Assembly: GCA_903847095.1 (NCBI GenBank)
Contig: CAINCQ010000024.1
Coordinates: 16,628-80,627, forward strand
Direction: 5' to 3'
Origin: an uncultured bacterium
GTDB lineage: Bacteria; Patescibacteriota; Minisyncoccia; Minisyncoccales; UBA5738
DNA length: 64,000 nt
A model generated the notes under the pieces. That model made no database searches. It saw only the letters and a program-made list of their open reading frames with translations, and was not told the DNA's origin. Below, in pieces: positions 53,036 through 62,951 of this stretch. Position 1 is the stretch's first letter. Each line of letters opens with the position of its first letter. The position numbers and the translations under genes are program-made.

Positions 53036-54952
53036 ATGTTTAATAAAAAAGTTTTTTCGCCGATTGCTTGCCTGATTATCGGAGTTATGTTGGTTCCAAA
53101 GATGGCTTTTGCGGTTACGACCGCCGACTTGTTGGCTCAAATCCAGGCTTTGCAGGTCCAGATAACGAAACTTCAGGAACAGCTTACTGCCCAAACCGGT
53201 ATTCCGGCCAAGTGCGCCGGGATAACCTTTGCCCGTGAGCTTAATCTGGGTATTGTCGGTTCCGATGTCGCTTGTTTGCAGGTGCTTCTGAACCAAAACG
53301 CAGCGACGCGGATCGCAGTGTCGGGTCCGGGATCTGTAGGGCTCGAAACGCAGAAATTCGGCAAGCTTACAAAAGCCGCGGTGATAAAGTTCCAAAACAA
53401 ATACGCTTCCGAAATTCTTACTCCCGACGGGTTATCGAGCGGTAACGGTATTGTCTCGGCAAAAACCCGGGCCAAATTGAACGCGATATTGGCTGCGTTA
53501 AAAAAAGACAGCGGTGATGATACTGTCGACAATAATGGGCCGGAAGGGGATCTTTCCGTTTCTTTAAATTCCAGTCCGGCTACGGGAGTCAAAGTTTATG
53601 AAGGCAGTTCCAAAGTGAGCGTTCTGGGGATCAAAGCAGTCGCCGCCGATTCGGATATCCGGATTGTAAGAGTAAAGTTGCAATTCGAGAATGTGAAGCC
53701 CTATAACTATCTTACTAAGGTATATTTATATGAAGGCAGCTCGCTACTTGCTTCTTCGGACTTGAGTAGTTCGACGATGAGTAAGTCCGGGTCGGATTAT
53801 ACCATCATGCTTGACGGTTTTACCGATAAAATAACAAAAGGAAGTTCCAAGATCTTCACGGTCAAGGTGGATGGGAAAGATTCGATAAGCGCGAATTTGC
53901 CTCAGGATATAAAGATCACGGTTCCCGACGGGGGGGTGAGGGGTACCGATGGCGCCGGATTGTCCAAGGTTTCTCCGTCGGATCCCATTTCCCGGACCTG
54001 CAAAGTATACGAGAAGGGTTCCACAACCGATAACGCGAGCTTGGTGGTTTCAAAAAGTTCCGATACGCTTGCGGCGCGAAATGTTTCGGCCGGTTCCGAC
54101 GGGGAAGCAGGGAGGGTGGAATTGTTGATTTTTAACGTCAAAGCCGTTAACGGTTCGGTTGATGTCAATGGAATAAATAATGTAGTATTCGGCGCCGCTA
54201 GCGGGAAAAAAGCGATTTATCCGGAGACCGCGTATCTTTTCGACAGCAATGATGAGGAGATCGCTTCCGCGGAAGTCGGAAGCGATCATAAAGCCGATTT
54301 TTCGGATCTTTCCATCCATATCGGATCCGGTATTAAGGAGATTTACACAATCAAAGCCGATTACGTCGACGTATTGGATTCTTACACATCCGTTGTTACG
54401 GTGTATTCCGGGTCAAATATCGATGCCGATAATTCCGATGGCGATTCACTTTCCAGCAGTGAAAAGACCGGATCGGCGGCTAGCTACGCGGTAACTTTCT
54501 ATGGTGATATGCCGGATTTCAGCATGACCAACGTAACGGCGACAAAAACTCCGAAAACCGATACCGAACCTTCGATCCTTGACGCGACGTTCACGGTCAA
54601 GATTTCGGCTCTCAACAAAGATATTTATATTCCCAAGACAGCCGCTTTCCTCGTCAAAAGGATGAAGGATAACACCACGTCAACCGCTACGACCGACGGC
54701 GTGGAGTCAAGTTACGGGAAGCCCGCCAATGCCGATGAATCGGGCAACTATTACAAGATCGGATCGGATTCGTCGGCAACCTTTACGGTCAATTCCAATT
54801 TCAATACCGAGGGTTGGGGGAAAACCACCAATTATTACGATTTGCGGATCGTTAAAATAGAATGGTTTTCTTATGTTGACAACAAGCTCGTGAAAAGCAC
54901 TAGCGGTGATCTGACGGATACCTTCAAAAGCAAGAAAGTTTTGATGCCATAA
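53036..54952 (+). CDS. Secreted protein with N-terminal signal/coiled segment, peptidoglycan-binding (PG_binding_1-like) domain and long Ser/Thr/Asp-rich beta region
   Basis: Signal CLIIGVMLVPKMAFA. GSDVACLQVLLNQ...FGKLTKAAVIKFQNKY matches the PG-binding helix pattern. Confidence 0.7.
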   Translation: MFNKKVFSPIACLIIGVMLVPKMAFAVTTADLLAQIQALQVQITKLQEQLTAQTGIPAKCAGITFARELNLGIVGSDVACLQVLLNQNAATRIAVSGPGSVGLETQKFGKLTKAAVIKFQNKYASEILTPDGLSSGNGIVSAKTRAKLNAILAALKKDSGDDTVDNNGPEGDLSVSLNSSPATGVKVYEGSSKVSVLGIKAVAADSDIRIVRVKLQFENVKPYNYLTKVYLYEGSSLLASSDLSSSTMSKSGSDYTIMLDGFTDKITKGSSKIFTVKVDGKDSISANLPQDIKITVPDGGVRGTDGAGLSKVSPSDPISRTCKVYEKGSTTDNASLVVSKSSDTLAARNVSAGSDGEAGRVELLIFNVKAVNGSVDVNGINNVVFGAASGKKAIYPETAYLFDSNDEEIASAEVGSDHKADFSDLSIHIGSGIKEIYTIKADYVDVLDSYTSVVTVYSGSNIDADNSDGDSLSSSEKTGSAASYAVTFYGDMPDFSMTNVTATKTPKTDTEPSILDATFTVKISALNKDIYIPKTAAFLVKRMKDNTTSTATTDGVESSYGKPANADESGNYYKIGSDSSATFTVNSNFNTEGWGKTTNYYDLRIVKIEWFSYVDNKLVKSTSGDLTDTFKSKKVLMP

Positions 54953-55042
54953 CCAAGATTTATCGCTATTTTTTTGCGAACATTCCCTCGCCCAAGGAAG
55001 CGGGGGAATTTGTTAAACGGGACGCATACGGTAAAAAAAATA

Positions 55043-55687
55043 ATGAAAAAAACAAAGCTGATTTGTTTTGACATCGACGGGACGATAATGGAAAACAAAT
55101 CGTCTTTCGCGGCTTTGACTGACGGCCTCGGTTGCGACGTTTTCAAGGTGGTTTCCATATACCAAGCCGTAGTGAAAGAAGAGCTGCCGATTCCGGAGGG
55201 GGAAAAGGCGGTTACCGAAATATACCGGAAAAGCGGAAAAGCCAATAAAAAATTCATCAACCGGGTTTTTGAAGAAATGGAGCTGAAAAAGGACGCGCAG
55301 GAATTACTGCCTTATTTGAAAGAGGAGGGCTGGAAAATTTATCTGGTTTCGGGCGGTATGGATATGTTCGTAAAAATGATCGCTTCCAGGGCTGGTGCTG
55401 ACGGTTATTATTTTAATTCCTCTCTAAAATTCGGCCTGATGGGTGATTTGAAAACGATCCGATACGGCGGGAATGAGGGGCTGGCTAAAGCCCGCCAGAT
55501 CAAGGAATTAGCCAAGAAGCATTCAATGGATATTAAAGAGATGTTTTTCGTCGGAGACAGCGAAAATGATTATCACGCATTCGTCGAGACCGGGCATGGG
55601 ATAGCGGTAAAACCTTTTGACGAAAAACTGGGAACCGTGGCCTGGAAAAAGATCGATTCATTGCTGGAGATAAAAAGTTTTTTATGA
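55043..55687 (+). CDS. HAD-superfamily hydrolase (SerB-like subfamily IB)
   Basis: Motif I FDIDGT, motif II YLVSGG and motifs III/IV K...GDSENDYHAF. Start at MKKTKLICFD. Confidence 0.8.
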   Translation: MKKTKLICFDIDGTIMENKSSFAALTDGLGCDVFKVVSIYQAVVKEELPIPEGEKAVTEIYRKSGKANKKFINRVFEEMELKKDAQELLPYLKEEGWKIYLVSGGMDMFVKMIASRAGADGYYFNSSLKFGLMGDLKTIRYGGNEGLAKARQIKELAKKHSMDIKEMFFVGDSENDYHAFVETGHGIAVKPFDEKLGTVAWKKIDSLLEIKSFL

Positions 55688-55719
55688 AATCGTATTACAA
55701 TGATTAGAATAAAAAAATA

Positions 55720-56160
55720 ATGAACAATAAACCGAAGGTATTTTTAAAGGAATTTTTGGGCTTCGGTATTTTAATCACGGTTATTTTTGCTACATTGTTA
55801 TTTCTTTTGCTAAGCATCCGTCTGCCCGGAGAATTATACAATATGGTCTATTTGGCTTGTTATCCGTTGATCGCGGTAGTGCTATATTTTTTTGTTAAAA
55901 AATTAAGCCTAACAAGTCGCCGAGCGGTATTTTATCGAGTATTTTTTTGGATGTATTTTTCTATTATTATTTTAGACTCGTTTGTACTTTTGTACTTGCT
56001 TTCTTCCGTAAAAGGAGCTGACGCGGTTTTGACTGCCAAAGACATTCTTATGTTTGTTTCCGGCCCTTTACTGCCAGCAATAATTTATGCAGGGATAATT
56101 TCTTTTTTGGTTTTTCCGCCAACGCGGAAATCCAACGGGCAAACCGACGAAACAAACTAA
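55720..56160 (+). CDS. Hypothetical membrane protein (4 TM)
   Basis: 146-aa hydrophobic ORF. Confidence 0.55.
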   Translation: MNNKPKVFLKEFLGFGILITVIFATLLFLLLSIRLPGELYNMVYLACYPLIAVVLYFFVKKLSLTSRRAVFYRVFFWMYFSIIILDSFVLLYLLSSVKGADAVLTAKDILMFVSGPLLPAIIYAGIISFLVFPPTRKSNGQTDETN

Positions 56161-56220
56161 AATCCATCTTTACTTTTGACCCAAATCGGGTACAATGAGC
56201 TTGTATTTTAACTTCAGGAT

Positions 56221-57246
56221 ATGGATTTTAAGGAACTCAAATTAGCGGTTGAAAGGGACTTGGGCAGTATTAAAACCCCTCAAGAACTGAGGGATTTTTC
56301 GGTTAAGTATCTCGGAAAAAAAGGAGCGATCCGCGGTTTGTTCGCTAAACTGAAAAATCTTACCGAAGAGGAAAAAAAGAATCTTGGTCAGGAAATAAAC
56401 CGGTTCGCGAAGAATTGCGAAAGCCGGGTCGCGGAACTGGAGAAAGGTTTTTTTGAAAACACCCAAAATGATTCGTTAAAAGACGATACGGAGGAACTTG
56501 ATATCAATCCGCCCAAGATCGGCCATCTGCATCCCATTACGGAAACGATCGACGAAATGAATAAAATATTCCTATCGATGGGATACAGCATTGTCGACGG
56601 TCCGGAAATCGAAACCGATGAATTCTGCTTCCAGCGGCTTAACGTGCCCAGTGATCATCCGGCGCGCGGCATGCAGGATACGATCTATCTTAAAGAACCG
56701 AACATAATGTTAAGGACGCAAATGTCTTCGGTTGAGGCCAGGGTTTTGGCCAATTACCAGCCACCCTTTAAAGTTGTCACGCCCGGACGTGTTTACCGAA
56801 ACGAGAAGGCGAATAAAAGCAATCATTTTATTTTCCATCACTACCAAGGAGTCGTTGTTTTAAAGCGCGCTACTTTAAAAGATCTTTTTTCGACCTTGAA
56901 TCTTATTTTTAAAAAAATGTACGGTTCGGATGTGGTCGTGAGATACCGCAATAAATATTATCCGGAGGTAGAGCCCGGGGTTGGTCCCGACATGCAATGT
57001 TTCCAATGCAAAGGCAAGGGCTGTCCGTTGTGCAAGGGAGTGGGCTGGATAGAGATGGGTGGAGCGGGTATTATCCATCCAAATGTAATGAAAGCGGCCG
57101 AGATCGATACTAAACAATGGATGGGGTTCGCGTTCGGGCTTGGCTTGGATCGCTGGGTGATGGCTAAATACCATATTACCGATATCCGGACCTTGCTTGG
57201 CGGGGATTTGGGATATAAATACAACGAAAATGAAGGCAATTTATAG
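56221..57246 (+). CDS. pheS: Phenylalanine--tRNA ligase alpha subunit
   Basis: Class II motifs (HPARGMQDT, FRNE-like YRNEKA, GFAFGLGLDRW) and a Zn knuckle CFQCKGKGCPLCKGVGWIE as in Firmicutes-type PheS. Confidence 0.95.
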   Translation: MDFKELKLAVERDLGSIKTPQELRDFSVKYLGKKGAIRGLFAKLKNLTEEEKKNLGQEINRFAKNCESRVAELEKGFFENTQNDSLKDDTEELDINPPKIGHLHPITETIDEMNKIFLSMGYSIVDGPEIETDEFCFQRLNVPSDHPARGMQDTIYLKEPNIMLRTQMSSVEARVLANYQPPFKVVTPGRVYRNEKANKSNHFIFHHYQGVVVLKRATLKDLFSTLNLIFKKMYGSDVVVRYRNKYYPEVEPGVGPDMQCFQCKGKGCPLCKGVGWIEMGGAGIIHPNVMKAAEIDTKQWMGFAFGLGLDRWVMAKYHITDIRTLLGGDLGYKYNENEGNL

Positions 57247-59212
57247 TGAGATAAAAAAACTTGTGCCGGGATTGTCGGCTAAACCTCAGGAGGTCGGCCG
57301 GGCTTTAACCATGGCCGGTTTGATGCTGGATGGCTTTGAGCAAATTACTTACGACGGAAAGACCGATTGGCTATTGAGTTTTGAGGTGCGGCAGAATCGG
57401 GCAGACTGTTTTTCGGTGGTTGGAATAGCCCGGGAAGTAGCGGCTTGTTTTGGCTTAAAACTGGTTTTACCAAAGGTTGCTGTCAAAAAAAACAGCTTAA
57501 CATCCAAGATGCCGATAAAGATCGCGGTTCAATCCGGGGATGTGAAAAGGATCCTGGCTTTGGAAATTGACGATTCCAAAAACGGAGAATCACCAGCCTG
57601 GCTGAAAGAATTCCTGAAGGTTTACGGTCTTAACAGTAAGAATCTTTTGGTGGATCTCTCCAATTACGTAATGATTTATACCGGCTACCCTTCCCATTTG
57701 ATCGATTTAGAGAAGGTGAAAGGCAGTATTGTTTGGACTCGGGCTTACGCCAAGGAGAAGATTATGACTTTGGATGGGACAATAATCGTTCTTCCGGAAG
57801 ACGACGTTTTGGCCATTAAGGATGAAGAGAGCATTTTGGCCCTGGCCGGGATCGTTGGCGGAAAATCGGCCGAGATCAGCCTTCAAACGTCAAAACTTTT
57901 TGTTGAAATGGCGGTTTACGGCGGAGCGGTGATCAGGAAAAATTCACGCGACGTGAAAGTCATCACGGAAGCGAGCCTGCGCCTGGAGAAAGATCTTGAT
58001 CCCGAAGGCGCGGCTGGAGCATTCGATTTACTGGTTTCCCTGATCCTCGAATCCTGCTTTGGCAAGATCGCTACGCAAGTTTTCGAATATTACCCAAAGG
58101 TTGCTTTGGGGAAAAAGATCGACTTCGATCTTTCTTTGCCGGGCGTAATTTCCGGCGTGGAAGTTCCGGCGTTCGAGGCGGTTAAGATTTTAAAAAATCT
58201 GGGTTTTTCCGTCAGACAAAAAAACAAAAAAACAGTGGTAGTTTCTATTCCGGCTTTCCGCACCGACATATCCTTGCCCGAAGATCTGGTTGAAGAAGTA
58301 TTGAGGATCAACGGATACGATAAGATCCCGGCCGGCCTTGCCCCGGTTTTCGAAACAGCCGACGAGATCACTCCGCGCCGGATAAAACTGGTAAAAAAAA
58401 TGAAGGAGATCTTATCGCAGAATGGGGCGGATGAAATCCTTTCCCTGCCGCTTACCGAAAAAAACGAGAATGCCAAGGCTAATTACCTGGAATGGGAAAC
58501 GATCGTAGCCGAGAATGCCATCAACGAGCTATATCCGGAACTGCGCCAGTCGCTGGCTTCCGGTTTGATCAGGCAGGCCGTGGAGTTTCAGAAAAAAAAC
58601 GTAACTATTATCGATTTGTTCGAAAATGGGAAAATTTTCGGCCGCCGGGGCGATCGTTATCTTGAACAAGAAAGCTTCGGCGCCTTATTGGTAGCCAATA
58701 AACCAGCGCTGTCCTTTTTTAAAGCCAGAATAGAAACGGTGCTTCGATTGTTGGGTATTTCCGAGATCGATTACGCTGAAGCGGCGAAGAAGCCGGAGTT
58801 GTGCAATCCCAATTCGTGCTGGATCATTAAAGCGAAAGGTAAATCTTGCGGCATAGTTTACAAATTAAAGCGGGGGTTTCTTGGGGGGAATACTTACTTT
58901 GCCGAGCTGGACGTCAATGTTTTGGAAGGGATCAAACCGGATGCCGCGCCGGTAGTGGAAATAAGCGACAAGTTGGTTGTTCTGGATATGAACATCCAAA
59001 CAAGGGTGGGTGAAAGGATCGAGAGCGTGATTAACGAGATAAAAGCCAAAGTTTCCCCAAAAAACCTTTGGAGTCTGGCCGTGATCGATAAATTCGTGGA
59101 AAATGAGGTTGCCAAGCATACGGTAAGGATAACTTATACCGGTTTGAGCGATCCCGAGGCCAAAAAGATCAATGCGCGAATTTTAAATGACCGGCAATCA
59201 AAAAAATCATAA
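57230..59212 (+). CDS. pheT: Phenylalanine--tRNA ligase beta subunit, short form lacking the N-terminal OB-fold (B2) tRNA-binding domain
   Basis: MKAIYSEIKKLV...LTMAGLMLDG is followed within about 20 aa by FEVRQNRADCFSVVGIAREVA. B3/4, B5 and C-terminal FDX-ACB-like segments are present. The start overlaps pheS by 17 nt. Confidence 0.9.
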   Translation: MKAIYSEIKKLVPGLSAKPQEVGRALTMAGLMLDGFEQITYDGKTDWLLSFEVRQNRADCFSVVGIAREVAACFGLKLVLPKVAVKKNSLTSKMPIKIAVQSGDVKRILALEIDDSKNGESPAWLKEFLKVYGLNSKNLLVDLSNYVMIYTGYPSHLIDLEKVKGSIVWTRAYAKEKIMTLDGTIIVLPEDDVLAIKDEESILALAGIVGGKSAEISLQTSKLFVEMAVYGGAVIRKNSRDVKVITEASLRLEKDLDPEGAAGAFDLLVSLILESCFGKIATQVFEYYPKVALGKKIDFDLSLPGVISGVEVPAFEAVKILKNLGFSVRQKNKKTVVVSIPAFRTDISLPEDLVEEVLRINGYDKIPAGLAPVFETADEITPRRIKLVKKMKEILSQNGADEILSLPLTEKNENAKANYLEWETIVAENAINELYPELRQSLASGLIRQAVEFQKKNVTIIDLFENGKIFGRRGDRYLEQESFGALLVANKPALSFFKARIETVLRLLGISEIDYAEAAKKPELCNPNSCWIIKAKGKSCGIVYKLKRGFLGGNTYFAELDVNVLEGIKPDAAPVVEISDKLVVLDMNIQTRVGERIESVINEIKAKVSPKNLWSLAVIDKFVENEVAKHTVRITYTGLSDPEAKKINARILNDRQSKKS

Positions 59213-59277
59213 CGGGAGTTGCGGGATTTTTATAAGCACTTCCGCGACGGAGTGTTTTTTTGCACCAAGATAAAAAA

Positions 59278-59595
59278 ATGAAAATCATAAAAGAAAAATT
59301 CAAATTCGATAAAAAATTCAATTTTTATTGGGGCAGGCTCTATTTTATTTCCGACAGCAAGGAATGGAAAACAAGGATATTGTGGGCCGCATCGCACGAG
59401 TGGGTCCGCCGGATGGTAATGCTTGAAACCTGGCCCGATGAGGAAGTAGACCGGTTGGTGAATAAAACCGTCATCAAATGGAAGAAAGCCGGGAATAAAG
59501 TATTTCGACAAGACGTCCATTACGATGTAAACGGGACGAGCCAGGAAGAAGAAGCCGTAGGCAAAGCTTTGCTGCTGGATAAAGATAAGGTTTGA
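59278..59595 (+). CDS. Hypothetical protein (~105 aa)
   Basis: ORF-track ORF (TTG 59260 or ATG 59278); Lys/Trp-rich; no family. Confidence 0.45.
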   Translation: MKIIKEKFKFDKKFNFYWGRLYFISDSKEWKTRILWAASHEWVRRMVMLETWPDEEVDRLVNKTVIKWKKAGNKVFRQDVHYDVNGTSQEEEAVGKALLLDKDKV

Positions 59596-59713
59596 TTTGG
59601 AGGATGCCGGTTTTTTTGGGGCTAAAGGCGCCGGCCTTCAGGCCGGAGCAGTTGACAAATATATTTTCTCATGTTATACGAAGGTAAGATTACGAATATG
59701 TCTGGTGGCGAAA

Positions 59714-60256
59714 ATGTCTTGGGATGAAGAAAGGGATAACGAGATAAGGGAAGGCTCAAAGGTAAGATTCAGAAAAAACGCCCTATATGACTTGGGCGAC
59801 GAACATATTAAAGCCATACCGGGGTGGCGTAACGGAGTATTTACGGTAGCCGAAAGAATGGGTAGGCACGTCATACTGAAAGGCCACGAAAAGTTTTTTT
59901 TCGAGAAAGTGCTCATCGTCCGTTATATACGGATTTACTTCCTTGAGCTTGCGGAAGAGGCGGTTTGTGAATATTCTCTTCCGGATGGATTTTCGGAAAC
60001 AATGCTTCGGAACATGAAGCAGATACTTCCCGGAGGATTTGTTTTGCGAGAGGTAGTTATCGTAAACGAAACCATCGATAAAGAAGTAAAAGTCATTATC
60101 GCGCTTCCCGAAAGAACCAGCATGATCCCGCTGAAGCTTGGGGCGCGGATCGCAGGAGGCAAATATTCGGCCGATGAGAATGTTGGTTGGCGTCAATTGG
60201 CGAGTGCCGGCGGCAGACTGTGGCAAAACGGAAAATGGGTCGAGTTAAGTTCTTAA
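59714..60256 (+). CDS. Hypothetical protein (~180 aa); start uncertain
   Basis: TTGACA at about 59652 lies inside the track ORF (59597..), so Met 59714 (MSWDEERDNE) is preferred. Terminator at 60265-60291. Confidence 0.45.
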   Translation: MSWDEERDNEIREGSKVRFRKNALYDLGDEHIKAIPGWRNGVFTVAERMGRHVILKGHEKFFFEKVLIVRYIRIYFLELAEEAVCEYSLPDGFSETMLRNMKQILPGGFVLREVVIVNETIDKEVKVIIALPERTSMIPLKLGARIAGGKYSADENVGWRQLASAGGRLWQNGKWVELSS

Positions 60257-60396
60257 ACCGTTGCAAATCCGCGAAATCGCGGATTTTTTTTGCGCGGTAG
60301 CGGAAAATCATCGTTAGAAAAATTTAAGTTTTCCTTGACAAAGAAGAAAAAATATCCATAATCTAAGCCAGAACCTTCATAAAGGAGGAAAGGCAG

Positions 60397-60660
60397 ATGG
60401 CTTTATTTGTCGAAAAGAGGAGCGATAAAAGTAAGCCCCGGGTTTTCCCGCTGGCTGTGATCGAAGGCGAGTTTTTAGGAATGACAATCCAGGTTATAAG
60501 GCCGGAGAAGTTCAAAGAAGATTATCCATTCGTGCTTGCCAGTTTTTTTCAAGAGGTAAGCGCTTGTGCCGGCGGGCCATTTATTTTTTCGCCGGATGAT
60601 GATGAAGATGAGGTTAATAACCAATCTCTCGATAATTTAGTGGAATATTATGGAAAGTGA
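60397..60660 (+). CDS. Hypothetical small acidic protein (87 aa)
   Basis: TTGACA-N16-CATAAT at 60335-60362 and AAGGAGG RBS. Confidence 0.5.
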   Translation: MALFVEKRSDKSKPRVFPLAVIEGEFLGMTIQVIRPEKFKEDYPFVLASFFQEVSACAGGPFIFSPDDDEDEVNNQSLDNLVEYYGK

Positions 60661-60669
60661 GGTGGGAAG

Positions 60670-61392
60670 GTGACGGAAACTACCGTTAAAACGCTCTCAA
60701 GCGTATTGGAGATGCTCGTGGTAGGCGGATTGCCTGGCGTTAGTGAGGCTAAGTTTTTGGAAAACGGTAAAGGCATGGGCTTAAAACAAGAAGACCTGGC
60801 GGCAAATCTAGCGGTGGCACGGATTATTCATTCTTTGCACACCGTAATTTTTATCGAAAACAGGCGGCCGGAATTCGTTTACCAAAAAGATGGCGATGGT
60901 CAGCCGCTTGGTTTTATCGAAGAAATCGACTTCGGTCTCAAGGGATACGAAGTTAAAATTCCTGACAGCGCTAAGGTATTGGAGGCTTACGGGCAAGATT
61001 GTATTAAAACTTTCGGGCTGGAAAAAGAATATCCAGCTGGATTTTTGGAGGTCGGCATCCTCATGTTTGCTTGTCACGCGGTGAGGCAGTATTATCAGGC
61101 AACGCTTTTAAAAAAAAGATTTGACTGGCGGTCCAATCGAAAGATCATTAGTATCGCCGATAAGCAGCTTAGGCATCGCCTCGATCAAGTTTTTCGCGAC
61201 TTGGCTGCTGAAACGCGGATCGACGATCAAAAAGCCGCACGTAATTTCCCGTTCGAGTTTGACGCCAGGGTGGTGAAGATGGCGATTCTTGAAACATTGG
61301 CCAAAAAGGGAACGGCTTACGATGTGATTAAGGGTCTTATGTCGGAACCGCCGACTATTCCGTCTTTAGCTAAAAAGTTCATCTTAGGATGA
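60670..61392 (+). CDS. Hypothetical protein (240 aa)
   Basis: GTG start after GAGGTGGGAAG, coupled to the upstream ORF; no recognisable family. Confidence 0.55.
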   Translation: MTETTVKTLSSVLEMLVVGGLPGVSEAKFLENGKGMGLKQEDLAANLAVARIIHSLHTVIFIENRRPEFVYQKDGDGQPLGFIEEIDFGLKGYEVKIPDSAKVLEAYGQDCIKTFGLEKEYPAGFLEVGILMFACHAVRQYYQATLLKKRFDWRSNRKIISIADKQLRHRLDQVFRDLAAETRIDDQKAARNFPFEFDARVVKMAILETLAKKGTAYDVIKGLMSEPPTIPSLAKKFILG

Positions 61393-61458
61393 ACTTTTTC
61401 TTTGATTCCCAGAATTAAAAAACAACCTCTCGGCTGTTTTTTTCTGATGAAGTTCCAA

Positions 61459-62493
61459 TTATTTTCTTTCTTCGAGCCGCACCGATAGCTTGATTTCTTT
61501 TCCTTCGCGCAACACTTTCATCGGCACTGCTTCTCCGATGCGGCATTCTTGCAGGACGTCGGTGAGCAGTTTCTCCTGATTGATTTTTTGGCCGCCGAAC
61601 TCGAGAACAATATCGTATTCCCTTAGTCCGGCTTTATCGGCTGCGGTTCCTTTAATGACCGCGGGTTCGCCGAAGGTTTCGCGGACGACCAAGGCGCCGT
61701 AATCGACCGGTAGTTTATTGGCCGTTGAGATTTCGGCATTTAAAACGACATAGCGGACGCCCAAAAAGGGACGCTTAATCTTTCCGAAAGCCATCACTTC
61801 TTCCAGGATTTTTTTTCCATAGTTGATAGGTATGGCGAAACCCAGATTTTGCGCTCCCATTACCATTGCCGTGTTAATGCCGATTGCTTCTCCTTCCATA
61901 TCAACCAACGGCCCGCCCGAATTGCCGGGATTGATCGCGGCATCGGTTTGGATGAGGCCGCGCAAACTGGTTTCGTGCATAGCGGTTCCTCCGTAAGCCG
62001 TGATCTTGCGGCTTAATCCGGAAATAATGCCACCCGAAACCGTGTCTTCGAATTCACCAAGGGGATTGCCTACGGCTAATACTTGTTCGCCAAGCTCGAT
62101 GTTGTCGGAATCTCCCATTTCCAGACAAGGAAGATCTTTGCCTTCGATCTTTAAAATAGCGACGTCCACCAAGGGATCTTTGGCCAGAACCTTGGCTTCG
62201 TATTTGTGTTTTGGATCAACTATCACAGTATAGCTCGCGTCCGGATCGTCCACGACATGGCTGCAAGTGAAGATGTAGCCGTCCGAGGAAATAATGAAAC
62301 CGGAGCCGCCGCCGATTTTTGTTTTTCCCTTGGAATTATTGACTTTTGGCATAACCATTTGCTGGTCGCCCATGGGAACGAAATAAAAACCTTCCACTTT
62401 GGACAAATCTTTTGAAACGACTATGGTGATAACGGCCGGGCAGACTTTTCTTGCGATTTTGACGAAAGGGGAGAGTGATGTTGATTTTGGCAT
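61459..62493 (-). CDS. htrA: HtrA/DegP-family serine protease (trypsin-like domain + one PDZ)
   Basis: Catalytic His context TCSHVV, Asp context DVAILKI, Ser context GNSGGPLV, and a C-terminal PDZ (GLREYDIVLEFGGQKI). Confidence 0.9.
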   Translation of the reverse strand: MPKSTSLSPFVKIARKVCPAVITIVVSKDLSKVEGFYFVPMGDQQMVMPKVNNSKGKTKIGGGSGFIISSDGYIFTCSHVVDDPDASYTVIVDPKHKYEAKVLAKDPLVDVAILKIEGKDLPCLEMGDSDNIELGEQVLAVGNPLGEFEDTVSGGIISGLSRKITAYGGTAMHETSLRGLIQTDAAINPGNSGGPLVDMEGEAIGINTAMVMGAQNLGFAIPINYGKKILEEVMAFGKIKRPFLGVRYVVLNAEISTANKLPVDYGALVVRETFGEPAVIKGTAADKAGLREYDIVLEFGGQKINQEKLLTDVLQECRIGEAVPMKVLREGKEIKLSVRLEERK

Positions 62494-62655
62494 GATTTTT
62501 TCTTTTATTCCTCCGATAATCTTGGTTCATTCTAACATCTAATCATATTGCCAACAAGCATTTTTTTTGTTAGAATTTCCTTGTCGCGCTTGATGCGCGC
62601 TATTTTTGACTTATTGCTCACTACTTATCCGCTCAGGAAATAAACGCTATTCTTC

Positions 62656-62727
62656 GCCCCCATAGTTCAATGGACCGAACGAGAGACTCCTAAGCTCTAG
62701 ATCCAGGTTCGATTCCTGGTGGGGGCA
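62656..62727 (+). tRNA. tRNA-Arg(CCT), CCA not encoded
   Basis: GCCCCCATAGTTCAATGGACCGAACGAGAGACTCCTAAGCTCTAGATCCAGGTTCGATTCCTGGTGGGGGCA, with anticodon loop CTCCTAA. There is one A/G mismatch at the base of the anticodon stem. Confidence 0.85.
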
Positions 62728-62788
62728 CACAGACCAAAAGCCGGCATACCGCCGGATTTTGGATTTCCAATTTTCAAATAAAACACCA

Positions 62789-62842
62789 GACCCGTTAAAG
62801 GGGGGGGTTTTAGTTTAAGATCGCCAAGAGGTGATTCCAAAG
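62789..62842 (+). repeat. Repeat family 2 copy
   Basis: GACCCGTTAAAGGGGGGGGTTTT...CCAAGAGGTGATTCCAAAG. Confidence 0.6.
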
Positions 62843-62951
62843 TCCTGAACCATTACGAGCTTGTTGACTTTTTACTCAAACATAGTATAGATTGGATAGC
62901 ACATTAAGACGGTTTTAGCATCAAAAAGAGGTAAAAAAGGAGCTTGATATT

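Noticed and set aside
21607-62727. The whole 41 kb between tRNA-Arg(TCT) and tRNA-Arg(CCT) as one integrative island or prophage.
   Set aside because: The two tRNAs are different genes, not a duplicated att pair. The interval contains clear housekeeping genes (pheS, pheT, htrA, mscL, P-type ATPase) and lacks integrase or phage genes. A patchwork of small insertions fits better.
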